From positions 8,720 to 72,719 of the forward strand of contig JAJZUU010000004.1 in assembly GCA_021848325.1 (NCBI GenBank): DNA of 64,000 nt, written 5' to 3'. This stretch comes from Pseudomonadota bacterium. GTDB lineage: Bacteria > Pseudomonadota > Gammaproteobacteria > Burkholderiales > JAJZUU01. Positions 10,129-18,952 of the stretch are shown in pieces (position 1 is the first letter of the stretch; every line of letters begins with the position of its first letter). The notes below the pieces were generated by a model, which saw only the letters and a list, made by a program, of their open reading frames with translations, was not told the origin of the DNA and did no database searches. The position numbers and the translations under genes were made by a program.

Positions 10129-10827
10129 CTACCCGGTCGCAGCACCTGTCCTGCGCCCGAAAATGGCCGATCCCACGCGCACCACGGTCGCCCCTTCGGC
10201 GACCGCGGCTTCGAGGTCGTCCGACATCCCCATGGAGAGGGTATCCAGCCGCAACCCCTCCCGCCTGAGCTGCTCCAGCAGTTCCCGCAGCACGCCGAAC
10301 TGGGCCCGCTGTTCCCTATAGTCAGCGCTGGCGCGAGGGATCGCCATCAGCCCCCGCAGCCGGACGCGCGGCAGGGCGGCCACCTGGCGCGCCAAGTCCA
10401 CCGCCTGTTCCGGGGCGACGCCGCTCTTGCTGGCCTCCCGGCTGACGTTCACCTGGAGGCAGACGTTGAGGGGGGGCAGACCCTCGGGCCGCGCCAGGGA
10501 CAGCCGCTCCGCGATCTTCCCGCGCTCGACGCTGTGCACCCAGGCGAAGCGCTCGGCGATGGGGCGGGTCTTGTTGCTCTGGATCGGGCCGATGAAATGC
10601 CATTCCAGGGGCAGATCCCCGAGCTGCGCCATCTTGGCCAGCGCCTCCTGCACATAGCTCTCCCCGAACGCCGTTTGCCCCGCCCGGTACGCCGCGCGTA
10701 TCGCGTCCGCCGGCCAGGCCTTGCTCACCGCCAGCAACCGGACCTCCCCGGGGTCGCGGCCGCAGGCCCGCGCCACCTCGGCAATACGCCTGGTCACGGC
10801 TTGCAACGCGCTGGATATTGCGGTCAT
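10129..10827 (-). CDS. yggS: PLP-binding homeostasis protein YggS
   Basis: Start at internal ATG (MTAISSALQAV...). LLAVSKAWP (PLP lysine), WHFIGPIQSNK, LSMGMSDD, VRVGSAIFG are YggS/alanine-racemase-N-fold motifs. Confidence 0.88.
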   Translation of the reverse strand: MTAISSALQAVTRRIAEVARACGRDPGEVRLLAVSKAWPADAIRAAYRAGQTAFGESYVQEALAKMAQLGDLPLEWHFIGPIQSNKTRPIAERFAWVHSVERGKIAERLSLARPEGLPPLNVCLQVNVSREASKSGVAPEQAVDLARQVAALPRVRLRGLMAIPRASADYREQRAQFGVLRELLEQLRREGLRLDTLSMGMSDDLEAAVAEGATVVRVGSAIFGRRTGAATG

Positions 10828-10930
10828 AATGATTCCGACATAATAGGGCAAAACAGCCTCAAGGAGTCCCCCCTCGCGCCGTTATACAAAAGATACTGTG
10901 CCGTTGGACTCACACCCAGAGAGATTATAA

Positions 10931-11974
10931 ATGGAAATCGCGGAACTGCTCGCTTTCACGGTAAAGAACAAGGCTTCCGACCTGCACCTGTCGTCCGGCC
11001 TCCCCCCCATGATCCGGGTCCATGGCGACATCCGCCGCATCAACGTGCCGGCGCTGGACCACAAGGGCGTGCACGCCATGGTGTACGACATCATGAACGA
11101 CGGCCAGCGCAAGCATTACGAGGAGAACCTGGAGGCGGACTTCTCGTTCGAGGTCCCGAACCTGGCCCGCTTCCGGGTGAACGCCTTCGTGCAGCAGCGC
11201 GGCGCCGGGGCGGTGTTCCGTACCATTCCATCCAAGGTGCTCACCCTGGAGGACCTGAACGCCCCGCCCATCTTCAAGGAAATCTCCGATCAGCCGCGGG
11301 GCATCGTGCTGGTCACGGGACCCACCGGCTCCGGCAAGTCGACCACCCTGGCCGCCATGGTCGATTACATCAACGAGATCGAATACGGCCATATCCTCAC
11401 CGTGGAGGACCCCATCGAGTTCGTGCACCAGAGCAAGAAATGCCTGATCAACCAGCGGGAAGTGGGGCCCCACACCCTGAGCTTCAACAACGCCCTGCGC
11501 TCCGCCCTGCGGGAGGACCCGGACGTGATCCTGGTGGGCGAGCTGCGCGACCTGGAGACCATACGCCTGGCGCTCACCGCGGCCGAGACCGGCCACCTGG
11601 TATTCGGCACCCTGCACACCAGTTCCGCCGCCAAGACCATCGACCGGATCATCGACGTGTTCCCGGCGGCGGAAAAGGACATGGTGCGCTCCATGCTGTC
11701 GGAGAGTCTGCGCGCCGTCATCTCCCAGACCCTGCTCAAGACCAAGGACGGCTCCGGCCGGGTGGCGGCCCACGAGATCATGATCGGCACCCCGGCCATC
11801 CGCAACCTGATCCGGGAAAACAAGGTGGCACAGATGTATTCGGCGATCCAGACCGGCCAGAACATGGGCATGCAAACTCTGGACCAATGCCTGATGGACC
11901 TGGTGCGGCGCAATGTGGTGACCAAGGGCGAGGCCCGGGCGCGCGCCGCCAACAAGGATGCCTTTTTGGGCTGA
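10931..11974 (+). CDS. pilT: type IV pilus retraction ATPase PilT
   Basis: 347 aa. ASDLHL, Walker A GPTGSGKST, Asp box/Walker B ILVGELRD, His box TGHLVFGTLHT, and the AIRNLIRE motif typical of PilT. Confidence 0.92.
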   Translation: MEIAELLAFTVKNKASDLHLSSGLPPMIRVHGDIRRINVPALDHKGVHAMVYDIMNDGQRKHYEENLEADFSFEVPNLARFRVNAFVQQRGAGAVFRTIPSKVLTLEDLNAPPIFKEISDQPRGIVLVTGPTGSGKSTTLAAMVDYINEIEYGHILTVEDPIEFVHQSKKCLINQREVGPHTLSFNNALRSALREDPDVILVGELRDLETIRLALTAAETGHLVFGTLHTSSAAKTIDRIIDVFPAAEKDMVRSMLSESLRAVISQTLLKTKDGSGRVAAHEIMIGTPAIRNLIRENKVAQMYSAIQTGQNMGMQTLDQCLMDLVRRNVVTKGEARARAANKDAFLG

Positions 11975-12007
11975 GCGGGCGTTGCCCGGATGTTTCGGAG
12001 ATAAGGG

Positions 12008-13144
12008 ATGGAACGGGACCAAGCAGTAAAATTTATGCACGATCTGCTGCGCCTGATGGTCGGCAAGAAGGCCTCCGACCTGTTTATCACCGCGGGCTTT
12101 CCCCCGGCGGTGAAGATCGACGGCAAGCTCACGCCGGTCTCCAATCAGACCCTGACGCCCCAGCACACCAAGGAGCTGGCGCGCGCCATCATGAACGACA
12201 AGCAGGCGGCGGAGTTCGAGGAGAGCAAGGAGTGCAACTTCGCCATCGCCCCGCCCGAACTGGGGCGTTTTCGTGCCAATGCCTTCATTCAGCAGGGACG
12301 CACCGGGCTGGTGCTGCGCACCATCACCACCAAGATCCCGAAATTCGAGGAACTGGGACTGCCGGAGGTGCTGAAGGACGTGGCCATGACCAAGCGCGGC
12401 CTGGTCATCTTCGTGGGCGGGACCGGCTCCGGCAAGTCCACCTCCCTGGCGGCGATGGTGGGCTATCGCAACGAGCAGAGCTACGGCCATATCATCACCA
12501 TCGAGGACCCGGTGGAGTACGTCCACGAGCACAATAACTGCATCGTCACCCAGCGCGAGGTCGGGGTGGACACGGACAACTGGTTCTCCGCTCTGAAGAA
12601 CACCCTGCGCCAGGCGCCGGACGTAATCCTGATCGGCGAGATCAGGGACCGGGAAACCATGGACTACGCCATCGCCTTCGCCGAGACCGGCCACCTGTGC
12701 CTTTCCACCCTGCACGCCAACAGCGCCAACCAGGCCCTGGACCGGATCATCAACTTCTTTCCGGAGGAACGCCGGCAGCAATTGCTGATGGACCTTTCCC
12801 TCAACCTCAAGGCCTTCATCTCCCAGCGCCTGATGCCGAAGAAAGACGGGCCGGGGCGAGTGGCGGCGGTGGAGGTGATGCTCAACTCCCCGCTGATCTC
12901 CGATCTGATTTTCAAAGGGGAGGTCCACGGCATCAAGGAGATCATGGCCAAGTCGCGGGAACTGGGCATGCAGACCTTCGATCAGGCCCTGTTCGACCTC
13001 TACGAGGGCGGCCTGATCAGCTACGAAGACGCGCTGCGCAACGCCGATTCCCTTAACGATCTGCGCCTGCGCATCAAGCTGCACGGCAAGGACGCCAAGG
13101 AGCGCGACGTGCTGTCCGGGCTCGACCACCTGGATATCGTTTAG
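12008..13144 (+). CDS. pilU: type IV pilus ATPase PilU
   Basis: 378-aa PilT paralogue directly downstream of pilT (GGTGSGKST, ILIGEIRD, TGHLCLSTLHA). Lacks the AIRNLIRE motif (has LISDLIFKGE), as in PilU. Confidence 0.88.
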   Translation: MERDQAVKFMHDLLRLMVGKKASDLFITAGFPPAVKIDGKLTPVSNQTLTPQHTKELARAIMNDKQAAEFEESKECNFAIAPPELGRFRANAFIQQGRTGLVLRTITTKIPKFEELGLPEVLKDVAMTKRGLVIFVGGTGSGKSTSLAAMVGYRNEQSYGHIITIEDPVEYVHEHNNCIVTQREVGVDTDNWFSALKNTLRQAPDVILIGEIRDRETMDYAIAFAETGHLCLSTLHANSANQALDRIINFFPEERRQQLLMDLSLNLKAFISQRLMPKKDGPGRVAAVEVMLNSPLISDLIFKGEVHGIKEIMAKSRELGMQTFDQALFDLYEGGLISYEDALRNADSLNDLRLRIKLHGKDAKERDVLSGLDHLDIV

Positions 13145-14313
13145 GCGTCGGGTTCGGGTTTTTTCCGCCGGGCCGAGCCTTCCACCATCTTGAATTCGAA
13201 CAGCCGACATTCCAGCGGGCCGTTGAACAGGGGGATGCGGCGGGACGGAGCCAGGCGCATCAGCCCCGGCAGGCGCATGTCGGCGGTCAGCAGATACACC
13301 CGCCAGCCGCTGAATTTCTTCTTCAGCACGTCCCCCAAGCGGGGGTAGAATTCGGCCAGTTCCTGCTGTTCTCCCAGACGCACCCCGTATGGCGGGTTGG
13401 TCACGATGATCCCGGTGTCGGCCGGTGCGCTGATTTCCAGCACGTTGGCCTGGTTCAGGCGGAGCACCTGGGACAGGCCGGCAGCCTCGAGGTTGGTCCT
13501 CGCCGCGGCCAGGGTATTCCCGGAAAGGTCGCTGCCATAGATGGGCTGCGGCGTCTTTGGCAGTTGCCGCGCCAGGCTGGCGCCGCGTATCGTATCCCAG
13601 GTCCGGGCGCAGAAGTTGTTGAGCTTTTCGAAGCCGAAGCCGCGGTCCATGCCGGGGGCGATATTGAGCGCCATCTGCGCCGCCTCCAGCAGGATCGTGC
13701 CGCCGCCGCACATGGGGTCCAGCAAGGGAATCCCCGGCGACCAGCCCGCGAGCTTGAGGATGCCCGCCGCCAGGTTTTCCCGCAGCGGCGCCTCCGTGCC
13801 TGCCTGGCGCAAGCCGCGCTGGAACAGCGCCGGGCCGGAGGTGTCCAGGTACAGGGTGAAGCGCTCGGCGTCCAGGAAGGCGTAAACGCGCACGTCCGGG
13901 GCGTGAGTCTCCACGCTCGGCCGGGAGCCGGTGGCGCGGCGGAATGCGTCGCACAGCGCGTCCTTGATGCGCAGGGTGAGGAAGTCCAGGCTGCGCAAGG
14001 GGCATTTCCGCGCGCTCACCTTGACCATGACGGTGCGGCCCGCATCGAACCAGTTCGTCCAAGGGAGGCCGTAGGCGGCGCGGTAGATGTCCTCCTCGCT
14101 GCCATAGCGGCCGCCCGCGATCTGCCAAAGCACGCGGCTGGCGATGCGGCTTTCCAGATTGACCTGGTAACATAGCGGAAATTCTCCGCGGAAGGCGACC
14201 CCGCCCTGGGTCGCCTCCGGTGCCCGCGCTCCCAGCCCTTCCAGTTCGGAGGCGAGAACGCCCTCCAGCCCGCGCGGACAGGGGGAAAAAAAGCGGTGGA
14301 TCGTGGCGTCCAT
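13141..14313 (-). CDS. THUMP-domain class I SAM-dependent RNA methyltransferase (RlmL N-half-like)
   Basis: Start at internal ATG (MDATIHRFFSPCPRGLEGVLASEL). DPMCGGGTILLEAA SAM site and catalytic NPPYG (IIVTNPPYGVRLG). Its stop overlaps the pilU stop in the palindromic-like TTAG. Confidence 0.8.
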   Translation of the reverse strand: MDATIHRFFSPCPRGLEGVLASELEGLGARAPEATQGGVAFRGEFPLCYQVNLESRIASRVLWQIAGGRYGSEEDIYRAAYGLPWTNWFDAGRTVMVKVSARKCPLRSLDFLTLRIKDALCDAFRRATGSRPSVETHAPDVRVYAFLDAERFTLYLDTSGPALFQRGLRQAGTEAPLRENLAAGILKLAGWSPGIPLLDPMCGGGTILLEAAQMALNIAPGMDRGFGFEKLNNFCARTWDTIRGASLARQLPKTPQPIYGSDLSGNTLAAARTNLEAAGLSQVLRLNQANVLEISAPADTGIIVTNPPYGVRLGEQQELAEFYPRLGDVLKKKFSGWRVYLLTADMRLPGLMRLAPSRRIPLFNGPLECRLFEFKMVEGSARRKKPEPDA

Positions 14314-14398
14314 CCCGTTGCCTATAGCCAATTGATCGAATGACCCGAATGGTACACCAATCGGCGCCAAATGAACTCCCGGGAGGGACGGCGGAAAG

Positions 14399-16057
14399 AT
14401 GAACCTGGCGTCCCTGCTGCAGCGGCACTTGGCCTCGGCGCAAAAAATTCTCTATTGCGAATACCAGGAAGACCGGTGGCGCGACTTCTCGGCACGGGAA
14501 GTGGCGGACTTGGCCGCGCGCTGGCAGCAGGCCTTCCGCGACCACGGTTTCGAGCGGGGCGACCGGGTCGCGCTGTGCCTGAAAAACAGCGTGCACTGGG
14601 CGGCCATCGACCAGGCCGCCTTGGGCCTGGGCCTCGTGGTGGTGCCCCTGTACGTGAACGACAACCCGGAAAACGTCGCCTGGTGCGTCGCCAATGCCGA
14701 TGCACGCCTGTTGGTGCTGGAGAACCCGCGCATGCTGGAAGCGCCGCGCCTGGCCGGCCTGCCGCACATCGTCTGCCTGCAGGGGGAACCGGCGGCCCCG
14801 GCCGCAAGCGCAGACGCCTGGCTGCCGGAAAGGGCGGACGAGTTTACCGTGGCGGATCTGGAACCGGACGCCCTGGCCACCATCGTGTATACCTCCGGTA
14901 CCGCCGGCCGGCCCAAAGGGGTGAAATTGTCCCACCGGAACATCCTGAGCAATGTGGAGGGGGTGCTGCAAGTGGTGGGGGTGAGCGACCGGGACGTGTT
15001 GATCTCGGTGTTGCCCCTGTCCCACATGTTCGAGCGTACCTGCGGCTACTATACGCCGCTCAGTATCGGCGCCAAGGTGGTCTTTTCCCGCGGCGTCAAC
15101 CAATTGGCGGAGGATCTCAGGATCCATCGGCCGACCATTCTGATCGCGGTGCCGCGGGTATTCGAGCGTTTTCTCGCAAGAATCGAGCAGACTCTGACCG
15201 CTTCCTACCTCAAGCGGCAGCTGTTCCACCTCACCGTCGAGCAGGGTTGGCATTGCTTCCAGCGGCGCGCCGGGGTGGCGCACCGGGCCCTGCGCAGGGT
15301 ACTGCGCCATTTGGTGGCCAGGCCGGTGCTGGAAAAACTGGGCGGCCGACTGCGCCTGACCGTGGTCGGGGGGGCGGCGGTGGAGGCGCGGATTGTCAAG
15401 ACCTTCATCGCCCTCGGCCTGAACATGATCCAGGGCTATGGGCTCACCGAGGCCTCGCCGGTGGTCGCCGCCAACCGCGAGGACGACAATGATCCCGTTG
15501 CGGTGGGCAAGCCCCTGGCCGGGGTCGAGGTGCGCCTGAACGAGGCCCATGAGCTGCTGGTGCGCGGGCCCTCGGTGATGCGGGGGTACTGGCGCGATCC
15601 CGAGGCCACCGCCCGGGTGCTGGCCCCGGACGGCTGGCTCAATACGGGGGACCTGGCGGACATCCGTTACGGCAGGATCTACATCAAGGGCAGAAGCAAG
15701 GACATCATGGTGTTGTCCAACGGCGAGAAATTTCCGCCGGAGGAGGTGGAGACCGCCATCCTCAACGACGAACTGTTCGACCAGGTGATGCTGGTGGGAG
15801 AGGGCCGCCCCTACCTGTCGCTGCTCGCGGTTACCGGGGAAGGCGACGAAAAGAAGCTGGTAAGACACGCCAACGCCCGCCTGAAGGGGTTTCCGCGCTA
15901 CGTCAGGGTGCGCCGGGTGATCGTCTGCAAGGAGCCGTGGACGGTGGACAACGGATTGCTCACCCCGACCCTGAAGGTCAAGCGCCAAGCGGTCTACCAG
16001 CGTTTCCTGGAGAGGATCGACAAGCTGTACGGGGTGTCTGGCGATCCGTCGCTATAG
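14399..16057 (+). CDS. AMP-dependent acyl-CoA synthetase / long-chain fatty acid-CoA ligase family
   Basis: 552 aa. AMP-binding motif IVYTSGTAGRPKGVKLSHRN, plus GYGLTEASP and TGDLADI. Confidence 0.85.
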   Translation: MNLASLLQRHLASAQKILYCEYQEDRWRDFSAREVADLAARWQQAFRDHGFERGDRVALCLKNSVHWAAIDQAALGLGLVVVPLYVNDNPENVAWCVANADARLLVLENPRMLEAPRLAGLPHIVCLQGEPAAPAASADAWLPERADEFTVADLEPDALATIVYTSGTAGRPKGVKLSHRNILSNVEGVLQVVGVSDRDVLISVLPLSHMFERTCGYYTPLSIGAKVVFSRGVNQLAEDLRIHRPTILIAVPRVFERFLARIEQTLTASYLKRQLFHLTVEQGWHCFQRRAGVAHRALRRVLRHLVARPVLEKLGGRLRLTVVGGAAVEARIVKTFIALGLNMIQGYGLTEASPVVAANREDDNDPVAVGKPLAGVEVRLNEAHELLVRGPSVMRGYWRDPEATARVLAPDGWLNTGDLADIRYGRIYIKGRSKDIMVLSNGEKFPPEEVETAILNDELFDQVMLVGEGRPYLSLLAVTGEGDEKKLVRHANARLKGFPRYVRVRRVIVCKEPWTVDNGLLTPTLKVKRQAVYQRFLERIDKLYGVSGDPSL

Positions 16058-16158
16058 AAGCCGCCCCGGAACATGGGAATGCCTTACGCGGCCATGAATC
16101 CCCCTCTCTCCTAGCTCTTCCCCCGGGGGGAGAGGGACGATGGCGCTGCGCGTTTCTA

Positions 16159-16569
16159 TTAAAACGGCTTGACCACCACCAGGATCACGTCGGCGATCAG
16201 GATCAGCCCGGGGAACTCGTTGTACCAGCGGTAGAACACATGGCCATGGCGGTTGCGGTCGTGCTTGAAGTCCTGCACCAGCTTGGCGCAGTGCGCGTGG
16301 TAGACCACCAGGAGGGAGGTCAGGGCGACCTTGAGGTGCAGCCAGCCGCCGTGGAAGCCGTAGCCCAGCCATAGCCAAAGCCCCAGCGCCAGGGCGGCCA
16401 CGCCCCCCAACGTCATGATGTAGAGCAGTTTCTTCTCCATGACCTTGAACCGCTCGTTGGTGTTGGCGTCGTCACTCATGGCATGGTAGACGAACAGGCG
16501 CGGCAGATAGAACAGTCCGGCGAACCAGGTCACCATGAAGATGATGTGAAACGATTTCACCCAAAGCAT
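16159..16569 (-). CDS. hemJ: protoporphyrinogen IX oxidase HemJ
   Basis: 136-aa membrane protein. MLWVKSFHIIFMVTWFAGLFYLPRLFVYH is the characteristic HemJ N-terminus. Confidence 0.85.
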   Translation of the reverse strand: MLWVKSFHIIFMVTWFAGLFYLPRLFVYHAMSDDANTNERFKVMEKKLLYIMTLGGVAALALGLWLWLGYGFHGGWLHLKVALTSLLVVYHAHCAKLVQDFKHDRNRHGHVFYRWYNEFPGLILIADVILVVVKPF

Positions 16570-16671
16570 GTCTGTGTCCTTGGTTGGAGAACGCGGGAAG
16601 CGCCCCCGGTGTCTTCAGAAACCGGGCACACTATACCCCATCCACGCCGATTGCGGAAGCACAAGGAACCG

Positions 16672-17199
16672 ATGCCGAACCTGCCCGAACGCTTGAAAAG
16701 GCTGCGCCCCAGCCCCCTCACCCTGATCCTGATCGCCCTGATCGCCTATTTCTGGTTCCGCCCCCCGGCGCGGATCAGCGACCAGGACAGGCCTGTACCC
16801 AACGTACAGGCCGTCTCCCTTGCGGGCAAGCCGCTCGACCTGGCCGACTGGCGCGGCAAGGTGGTGCTGGTCAACTTCTGGGCCACGTGGTGTCCCTATT
16901 GCCGGCACGAAATGCCCGCCATGGAGAAGTTCTACCGGGACTATCGCGGCAAAGGGTTCGAAATGGTGGCCTTCAGCATCGACGACGACCCGGCCAAGGT
17001 CAGGCAGTTCATGACCGCCGAGGGCTACCGTTTCCCGGTGGCCATGAGTTCTCCTCAGATCAGCGCGGCGTTCGGCGGTGTCAGCCTGGTGCCCGCCTCG
17101 TTCGTGATCGACAAGCAGGGAAGGATACGCAAGAAGGTCAGCGGGCAGGTCTACTACGGCAGGCTGGAGGACCTGGTGGCACCGCTGCTGAAGGAATAA
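16672..17199 (+). CDS. TlpA/ResA-like periplasmic thiol:disulfide oxidoreductase
   Basis: ATG at 16672 inside track ORF 16483..17199. Signal anchor, then GKVVLVNFWATWCPYCRHEMP (WCxxC thioredoxin motif). Confidence 0.8.
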   Translation: MPNLPERLKRLRPSPLTLILIALIAYFWFRPPARISDQDRPVPNVQAVSLAGKPLDLADWRGKVVLVNFWATWCPYCRHEMPAMEKFYRDYRGKGFEMVAFSIDDDPAKVRQFMTAEGYRFPVAMSSPQISAAFGGVSLVPASFVIDKQGRIRKKVSGQVYYGRLEDLVAPLLKE

Positions 17200-17206
17200 G
17201 GCGCCG

Positions 17207-17734
17207 CTACTGCTGCTGCCTGATGTGTTCCAGGTGCTCTCCCATCTCCCGCCGGTAGGTGATGAAGTCCATCTCCGGCATCGGCGCCCCCAGCCGGGTG
17301 GCGACCGCGGACAATTGGCCGCGATGGTGGGCCATGTGGGTCATGATGTGGGTCAGGATGTCGCGCACCCAGGCGCTGTGGGACTGGTTGTTGGTGGCCA
17401 GGTACGACAGCCGCTGGTCGAAGAAGCTGTCCGGTTGCGCGTCCAGCCACCGCTGCATGTCGCGCATGTCGAGACGCAGGGCATTCTTCAGGTCCTTCCA
17501 TTCCCCGTCCCGCGCCCTGTCCTGTGCCGGCGGCGGCTCCTGCCTGAGGCGGGCCATCCAGTTGCGGTTCGCCAGCAGCAGGTGCTCCACCGTCTTGTGG
17601 ACATTCTCGAAAAACAGCCCCTGCGGGCTTCTGCGCGCGGCGTCGTCCAGGTGATCGAGGGAGGCGAACAGGATGTCGTTGGCCCAGTGCTGGTAATCCA
17701 CCTGGTACAGGAAGTGCTTTTTCCACGTGATCAT
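17207..17734 (-). CDS. DinB-family (damage-inducible, four-helix bundle) protein
   Basis: 175 aa. YQHWANDILFASL... and C-terminal HIMTHMAHHRGQLS His-triad pattern of the DinB/YfiT superfamily. Confidence 0.75.
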   Translation of the reverse strand: MITWKKHFLYQVDYQHWANDILFASLDHLDDAARRSPQGLFFENVHKTVEHLLLANRNWMARLRQEPPPAQDRARDGEWKDLKNALRLDMRDMQRWLDAQPDSFFDQRLSYLATNNQSHSAWVRDILTHIMTHMAHHRGQLSAVATRLGAPMPEMDFITYRREMGEHLEHIRQQQ

Positions 17735-18243
17735 GTATCCTCCCTCAGTTCTCGTTCGATCAGCGCCTGAAGCTTGCCGAAATCCATGTTGCCGACGGTG
17801 CGCTGAACCACATGGCCGCTCTTGTCGATGACGAACGTGGTCGGGGTCAGTTGGATGTCCCCGAAGGCCTTGGCGACGCTGCCGTTCGCGTCGATGGCGA
17901 CGACGAAAGGCAAGCCGCTCTTGTGAGTATAGTTCAGCACGTACTGGGGGGTGTCGTAACTCATCGCCACCGCCACCGTTTCCAGTCCGCGCCCGTGGAA
18001 TTTGCGGTACACCCGGGCCAGTTCTGGCATCTCCTCAACGCAGCCGGGGCAACTGGTGGCCCAGAAGTTGACCAGCACCACCTTGCCGCGCAGGGCGGTC
18101 AACGGGATCTTTTCTCCGCTCAGGGACGTGAAGGTCACGGCCGGCGCGGCGGGTTTTTCCATCAATACGGCGGCCAGCCCGCCCACCAGGGCGAGGGCGA
18201 GCGCCGCAACGGCGATGCGTTTTCCAAGGGGGGAGAGGTTCAC
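17731..18243 (-). CDS. TlpA-like thiol:disulfide oxidoreductase (track start is a TTG at 18273; GTG at 18243 with a GGAAG SD looks better)
   Basis: GKVVLVNFWATSCPGCVEEMP thioredoxin motif preceded by a signal anchor. Stop/start overlap with the DinB gene (17731-17734). Confidence 0.75.
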   Translation of the reverse strand: MNLSPLGKRIAVAALALALVGGLAAVLMEKPAAPAVTFTSLSGEKIPLTALRGKVVLVNFWATSCPGCVEEMPELARVYRKFHGRGLETVAVAMSYDTPQYVLNYTHKSGLPFVVAIDANGSVAKAFGDIQLTPTTFVIDKSGHVVQRTVGNMDFGKLQALIERELREDT

Positions 18244-18279
18244 GTTGGACTTCCAGGATAAGGTTGTGGCCAATGGTGG

Positions 18280-18447
18280 CTAGGAGCCTGTCGGACTTGA
18301 AGAATCGAAGCGAAAATTCGGCTGGTCGAGGACAGATTTTGTCGATTTTGCAGGTCAATAGTCGTTCTATTGACCAAAAAAGCGGCGAAATATGGACCGG
18401 TCAGGCGGATTTGCAGCCGATTTCCTTTAAGTCCGACAGGCTCCTAG
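18280..18447 (+). mobile_element. MITE-B copy 1 (168 bp) with CTAGGAGCCTGTCGGACTT terminal inverted repeats
   Basis: 19-bp perfect TIR (18280-18298 vs 18429-18447). Internal 9-bp stem GGTCAATAG/CTATTGACC. Identical to the reverse complement of 32609-32815 apart from a 39-bp indel. Confidence 0.75.
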
Positions 18448-18571
18448 TATTGTGGGTTTTTTTCGCCCGCTTGTCATCCGCTTCGCCCCTCGGGCTACGG
18501 GGCACGTCCGGTTTGAGGCGGGCTTCAGGGCAAAGTTCCGCGCCCCCGGGGCCCGGCCTGCCGGATCCGGG

Positions 18572-18787
18572 ATGATGGAAAACGCGGGTCTCGCCGCCCT
18601 GTTCCTCAGCAGCTTCCTGTCCGCCACACTGCTGCCGGACAGGCTATCGCCTCGCGGATTGCGCTGGGCGAGCCGCTATGGCCCCCCTGCCCTGCTGTTC
18701 GCCTGGGCGCCGATCATCGGGGATGCCTTATGCGCGGCGGCCGGCAAGTTCCTCCGGTACTGGGCGGTGGCGCACTTTTCCGTTTAG
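18572..18787 (+). pseudogene. probable internally deleted YqaA/DedA-type membrane protein remnant
   Basis: 71 aa. The N-terminal AALFLSSFLSATLLP and C-terminal ALLFAWAPIIGDALCAAAGK..RY resemble the two ends of ~140-aa YqaA proteins, with the middle missing. Flanked by MITE-B and a palindromic element. Confidence 0.45.
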
Positions 18788-18823
18788 CGCGTTGCCTCGA
18801 ACGAAGACCATGCGTCGAACTAA

Positions 18824-18868
18824 GGACCTGTTAAGCCTTAAGTATTACACTTAATGCTTAACAGGTCC
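18824..18868. repeat. 45-bp AT-rich near-perfect palindrome flanked by direct TAA
   Basis: GGACCTGTTAAGC (18824-18836) and GCTTAACAGGTCC (18856-18868) are exact complements. Inner TTAAGT/ACTTAA extends the stem. TAA at 18821-18823 and 18869-18871. Confidence 0.5.
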
Positions 18869-18952
18869 TAAGCTATTATTTTACATACATATTGTGTGTT
18901 GGGCGAGGTCGCCTGTGCTATCATTTGGCTTTGCCCTACGCCATCGAGCCCT

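Noticed and set aside
10925-15988. 1687-aa minus-strand ORF spanning pilT, pilU, the RNA methyltransferase and the acyl-CoA ligase
   Set aside because: It is antisense to or overlaps four well-supported genes. The translation is low-complexity (Gly/Arg/Pro/Ala/His-rich) with no recognisable domain. This is the typical stop-codon-poor antisense frame of high-GC DNA.
16058-16158. Possible bidirectional terminator between the acyl-CoA ligase and hemJ (CCCCTCTCTCC ... GGGGGGAGAGGG)
   Set aside because: The arms pair only partially and there is no clean U-tract on either strand. The support is not strong enough to annotate.
16672-18243. Two TlpA-like genes flanking a DinB-family gene as a possible dedicated redox or detox module
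   Set aside because: The genes are on different strands with ordinary spacing, and TlpA paralogues are common in such genomes. I saw no sequence-level evidence for functional coupling beyond proximity.
18264-18575. ORF sharing the peptide SAGRGQILSILQVNSRSIDQKSGEIWTGQADLQPISFKSDRLL with ORF 32277..32798
   Set aside because: The shared peptide is just the translated MITE-B repeat. The flanking parts of the two ORFs are unrelated, and one overlaps cyaY antisense.
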